DNA of 60,995 bases from Halanaerobiales bacterium (GTDB lineage Bacteria; Bacillota; Halanaerobiia; Halanaerobiales; M55B127), in contig JAGYMU010000004.1 in assembly GCA_018399995.1 (NCBI GenBank), forward strand, positions 1 through 60,995. The letters are read 5' to 3'. The notes under the pieces were generated by a model. The model was given only the letters and a program-made list of their open reading frames with translations. It ran no database searches and had not been told where the DNA came from. Shown here piece by piece: positions 56,929 to 60,995 of the stretch (position 1 is its first letter; every line of letters starts with the position of its first letter). The translations under genes and the position numbers were made by a program.

Positions 56929-58068
56929 TTAGTTATTTTCAGTTGCCTTAGGGTCTAAGGCATCTCGTAAGCCATCACCCAATAAATTGTAACTCAGTAC
57001 GGCAAAAAATATCATAAAACCTGGTATTAAAAGCCAGGGAAAATTCGTTATTTTGGTTACATTTTGTGCAGCTGTCAGCATGTTACCCCAGCTGGCATTT
57101 GGTTCCTGAATACCCAAGCCTAAAAAGCTTAACCCGGATTCCATTATAATATAACCTGGAATTGATACAGTAGCACGTACTATAACATAAGTTGTTGTAG
57201 TTGGTAGTACGTGTTTTTTAATTATTCTTGGGTCTCGTGCACCGATGGCCTCAGCTGCTAATACATAATCTTCATTTCTAATAGACAAGACCATACCCCG
57301 TATAACACGAGCCATTCCAGCCCAACCTCTGAAGGATAAAATGGATATGATTAAAAAGAACCGTAATGTTGATGAAATACCCATTGGCAAAACAGCTGCT
57401 AGAGCTAGTAACAAATAAAAAGCTGGTATAGACATTATTACTTCTGCAAAGCGCATCAATATGTTGTCTACCCATCCCCCATAATATCCTGCTATACCAC
57501 CCACAATCAAACCTATTATAGTGGTAATGAATATAGCAACAAAACCAATGAACATAGAAACCCTGCCTCCAAACAATATCCGGGTAAAGAGATCCCGTCC
57601 GTAATTATCAGAACCCAGTAAAAACAGATGGGCAGGCTCATCTACCCCAAATAAATGTAGATCAGTTTTAAATAGGCCGAAAAGCTTATATTCATCACCT
57701 TTATGGAAAAATTTTATGGGATATTTTTTATCTTTGATAACTTCATATTCAGCCCAATCGACAGTTTCAGTTCTGTAAACATAAGGACGTGTAAGGCCAT
57801 CTTCATCGAAGAAGTGTACTTTCGTTGGTGGGTGGAAAAAATGTTTTTTAAAGCCATGATAAGGATTATATGGTCCTAAAAATCCTGCAAATATTACAAT
57901 AATATATAAAATTATGACAATAGTTCCACCGATTATAGCCATTTTATGTCTTCTCATTCTACGCCATGTATCATTAAGAAAATCATATTCTTTTTTTTCT
58001 GATTTCTTTTCTTTTGAAATATCAGTATTTTTATCAAAATTTCCTTGGTTTAATCTATTCATTTCCAC
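56929..58068 (-). CDS. oppC: Opp/Dpp-type ABC permease C
   Basis: LGSDNYGRD, AEAIGA, ESGLSFLGLG, GDGLRDALDP. Confidence 0.9.
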   Translation of the reverse strand: MEMNRLNQGNFDKNTDISKEKKSEKKEYDFLNDTWRRMRRHKMAIIGGTIVIILYIIVIFAGFLGPYNPYHGFKKHFFHPPTKVHFFDEDGLTRPYVYRTETVDWAEYEVIKDKKYPIKFFHKGDEYKLFGLFKTDLHLFGVDEPAHLFLLGSDNYGRDLFTRILFGGRVSMFIGFVAIFITTIIGLIVGGIAGYYGGWVDNILMRFAEVIMSIPAFYLLLALAAVLPMGISSTLRFFLIISILSFRGWAGMARVIRGMVLSIRNEDYVLAAEAIGARDPRIIKKHVLPTTTTYVIVRATVSIPGYIIMESGLSFLGLGIQEPNASWGNMLTAAQNVTKITNFPWLLIPGFMIFFAVLSYNLLGDGLRDALDPKATENN

Positions 58069-58072
58069 CCTC

Positions 58073-59041
58073 CTAATTATATCGAATTCTTGGATCGCTT
58101 ATTGCCAATAATATATCTGCGATTAGATTACCCAAAATAAGTAAAACACTACCTATCATTAGACCAGCCATTGCTAAATAGAGGTCTTTGGAGCGAACTG
58201 CTGTTAACATCATTTTACCCAAACCAGGCCATCCTGTTACAGTTTCAGTTAAAGCAGCACCACTCAGCAGTGCACTTATTTGGAAACCAAACATTGTAAT
58301 CATTGGATTAATCGCATTTCTGAAGGCGTGTTTATAGACAACCGTTTTGTTTTTCAATCCCTTAGCACGGGCTGTACGTATATAATCCGAGCGCATAGCT
58401 TCTATCATTTGTCCCCTCATAATACGGGTTAAAGAAGCCATACTGGCTGTACCAAGGACAACTGCGGGAACCAGTAAATGTTTCAAAACATCTATAATTT
58501 TACCGGAGAACGATAAATAATCGTACATGATACTTGTCATTCCCGTTATGGGCAAGGGAACATTAAATTTTACTATTAAAAATAAAAGTAAAAGAGCAAA
58601 GAAAAAATTAGGTATAGATAAACCTACAAAAGCCAAACTGGTAAAAATATTATCTCCAATCGTGTATTTGTGAGTTGCCGAATATATCCCAATCGGAATA
58701 GAAAAGCCCCATGCAATAATCATCGCTGCAACAGATAAAATTATAGTATTTAGGGCTCGTGTTTTAATAACATGTGTGACCGGGACTTTATATGTAAATG
58801 ATTCACCGAAGTTACCGTGTAAGATTTGCCAAAGCCAGTGAAAATATTGTTCGGGAATACTTTTATCTAACCCATACTGTTTTTGCATAGTTTCGATTAG
58901 TTCTTCGGATACATCCGGGTTTAGTTTCATAGTATCAAGATAGTTACCCGGAGATAATTGCATTATGAAAAATGATAGTATGGATATTGCTATAAGTAAT
59001 GGTATAGCCTGTAAAAATCTTCTTAATATATATGTGCGCAT
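58073..59041 (-). CDS. oppB: Opp/Dpp-type ABC permease B
   Basis: YIRTARAKGL, HAFRNA, WPGLG, DPRI. Confidence 0.9.
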   Translation of the reverse strand: MRTYILRRFLQAIPLLIAISILSFFIMQLSPGNYLDTMKLNPDVSEELIETMQKQYGLDKSIPEQYFHWLWQILHGNFGESFTYKVPVTHVIKTRALNTIILSVAAMIIAWGFSIPIGIYSATHKYTIGDNIFTSLAFVGLSIPNFFFALLLLFLIVKFNVPLPITGMTSIMYDYLSFSGKIIDVLKHLLVPAVVLGTASMASLTRIMRGQMIEAMRSDYIRTARAKGLKNKTVVYKHAFRNAINPMITMFGFQISALLSGAALTETVTGWPGLGKMMLTAVRSKDLYLAMAGLMIGSVLLILGNLIADILLAISDPRIRYN

Positions 59042-59102
59042 TAAATAGAAACTCCTTTCAATTACAATAAATTCATTTAAATAATAAACAATTATTTAAA
59101 TA

Positions 59103-59126
59103 GAGAAGGAGGTTGCCCTCCTTCTC
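59103..59126 (-). terminator. Stem-loop between the binding-protein and permease genes
   Basis: GAGAAGGAGG-TTGC-CCTCCTTCTC. Confidence 0.65.
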
Positions 59127-59157
59127 CTTATAGAACATATATTTTTTATAGCAAAAA

Positions 59158-60885
59158 TTAATCTGCTAAGTATTGTTCATGTATATTCCAGGTTACTCCG
59201 CCATATGCAGTAGCTTCAGTATTTTTTAAGTTATTTCTAATTGCATATAGAGAGTTAGGAGTTACTGTATAAATAACAGGTACTCTATCCGCAATTATTT
59301 CTTGGAATTCATTGTAGTATTTTACTCTTTCTTCTGTTTTTACAGCGCTTGCACCGAGTTCAAATAGTTCATCTATTCTAGCTTCCCATTCAGTAGCAGG
59401 TTCTTCCTGGACGGGATTCCACATGTGTAAATGTCCATGTGAAGGCCATACGTTAGAACCACTATGTGGCTCTACCCCACCGGTTAGACCAATTATAATA
59501 GTATCAAAATCAAATTCACTTGTTAACTGACTAACCAATTTATTGAATTCGATAGGAGTAGAATTTATTTTCATACCTAAAGTACGCAGTTCAGTAGCAA
59601 TTATATTGAGAATTTGTTCTCTTACAGTATTACCTGCATTTGTTACCATATTAAATTCTACTCTTCTGCCATCTTTATCTAACAATTCGTCTTCATTATT
59701 CCATGTAAATCCGCCTTTTTCTAATTCTTCTTTGGCTTTGTCTAGATTATAATGATATTTTGTTACATCTTCATTTAAAAATACTTTGTTAGGAGCACTA
59801 ACAGGGCTCCATTGTTTGGACCCAAAGCCTGCTAAAGCCTGATCAATCATTGTATCTTTATCCATGGAATAAGCAACAGCTTTTCTGAAGTGTATATTAG
59901 TAAACCATTCATATTTCCAGGGTTGATCTTCTAACTTCGGATTACGTGGATTCATATTGAATACTAAAAAGTTTGTAGAAAAAGTAGGTCCGGCATCTAC
60001 CATAGTGTAATTACCACTTTCAGCATCTTCAGCAAAACGTTTGAAATCAATTCCTCTAACAGCATGGAAGTGAGTTTCTCCTTTTTCAAATAAGAGAGCC
60101 TGTGTTTCTTGGCTTTCAGAAATCACTCTAACCCATCTAATAATATAGGGAAGTGGTTTACCTTGAGGATCTCTTCTCCAATGATAGGCATTTCTTGTCA
60201 TTACTACACGTTCACCAGGTTTATAATCTCCTAATGTAAATGGTCCGGTACCAACTATTTCGGAAGGTTCGGTATCAATGCCCCACATATCATTAAAATC
60301 GCCGGCTTTCCAGGCATCATATAATTTGTGTTTTGGAACAATATAAGTTGTCATATTATTGAGGAATGGTGCAAAAGGTTTAGGTATTTCTATTTCCACA
60401 GTATACTTATCAACTTTCCTATATTCTGGGAATTGACCATCCACCATCATGACATCTCTTGTACTTGTGGGTACATCTTCATCTTTTATAACATCGAATG
60501 TAAAGATTACATCATCAGCAGTAAACTCTACCCCATCACTCCACTGTACTCCTCTTCTTAGATGGAAAGTGTAAACTGTACCGTCTTCACTGATTTCCCA
60601 ATCTTTAGCCAATTCAGGGATAAATTCGGTTGTAACCCCATGTCTAGTGACGAGGCCTTCAAAAATGAAACCATCGGTAATATCAGTTGAAGAAGTTTCT
60701 TGTGCTATAATTGTATTAAATGTTTTGGGGTCACCCAATAATGTGGTTATTAAAGTTCCGCCATGTTGACCCTGTTCTTTTTCGGAGACCCAGGGATCTA
60801 ATAGTTCTACATCTTGAGCAAAAAGTCCAGCACTAAAGGTTAATAAAAATACTAAAACTAAAGAAAAAACAGTCAATCTTTTCAT
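59158..60885 (-). CDS. oppA: Family 5 (peptide/oligosaccharide) ABC substrate-binding protein
   Basis: Signal peptide; PELAKDW, WSDG.EFTADDV, GTGPF, FRKAV. Confidence 0.9.
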   Translation of the reverse strand: MKRLTVFSLVLVFLLTFSAGLFAQDVELLDPWVSEKEQGQHGGTLITTLLGDPKTFNTIIAQETSSTDITDGFIFEGLVTRHGVTTEFIPELAKDWEISEDGTVYTFHLRRGVQWSDGVEFTADDVIFTFDVIKDEDVPTSTRDVMMVDGQFPEYRKVDKYTVEIEIPKPFAPFLNNMTTYIVPKHKLYDAWKAGDFNDMWGIDTEPSEIVGTGPFTLGDYKPGERVVMTRNAYHWRRDPQGKPLPYIIRWVRVISESQETQALLFEKGETHFHAVRGIDFKRFAEDAESGNYTMVDAGPTFSTNFLVFNMNPRNPKLEDQPWKYEWFTNIHFRKAVAYSMDKDTMIDQALAGFGSKQWSPVSAPNKVFLNEDVTKYHYNLDKAKEELEKGGFTWNNEDELLDKDGRRVEFNMVTNAGNTVREQILNIIATELRTLGMKINSTPIEFNKLVSQLTSEFDFDTIIIGLTGGVEPHSGSNVWPSHGHLHMWNPVQEEPATEWEARIDELFELGASAVKTEERVKYYNEFQEIIADRVPVIYTVTPNSLYAIRNNLKNTEATAYGGVTWNIHEQYLAD

Positions 60886-60995
60886 ATTTTAAATTCCTCC
60901 TTGATAATTATTACTACTCGATAAATATTTTTTTTAAAACTATTAATTAGTTATCTTTATTACTCCCCCCTTTTTTTATTAAAATTAAATAACTG

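Noticed and set aside
3793-60561. Numerous 60-150 aa ORFs antisense to or overlapping real genes (for example 6771, 13658, 19355, 51827, 54636)
   Set aside because: Shadow frames of conserved genes with no recognisable motifs.
1-60995. CRISPR array, tRNA, rRNA, riboswitch or prophage
   Set aside because: None recognised by eye; a covariance-model search would be needed to exclude riboswitches in the longer intergenic regions (240-657, 27200-27900, 38450-38900).

Overview
Low-GC anaerobic Firmicute chromosomal window, probably Halanaerobiales-like (inferred from gene content and acidic exported proteins). Main contents: (1) the 3' end of a group II intron at the window edge plus a short reverse-transcriptase relic; (2) a decayed tnpB-only IS200/IS605 element with recognisable ends; (3) a complete 13-gene MBX/MBS-type (complex-I-like plus Mrp antiporter) operon ending in a NuoI-GltD fusion, with Rex-like and palindromic operators, an ISL3-like MITE and a divergent Cys-containing ArsR gene; (4) housekeeping and transport genes, a xanthine-dehydrogenase-family trio and a DUF4914 protein retaining ATP-PEPCK catalytic motifs; (5) a probable self-contained regulon at 42.9-56.8 kb comprising thiolase, a MalT-like STAND/BTAD activator, two non-canonical KAS III-like enzymes, an NAD-type FabG/PhaB-like SDR, a CoA-transferase and a LIV-type ABC importer, with three promoters sharing 11-bp-phased GYAAC repeats exactly 10 nt upstream of the -10 box; (6) an oppABC-like operon. 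The regulon in (5) is the best candidate for an undescribed system (hypothesis: uptake and CoA-dependent breakdown of 3-hydroxyacid esters or oligomers). All calls are from reading motifs by eye; no searches were run.
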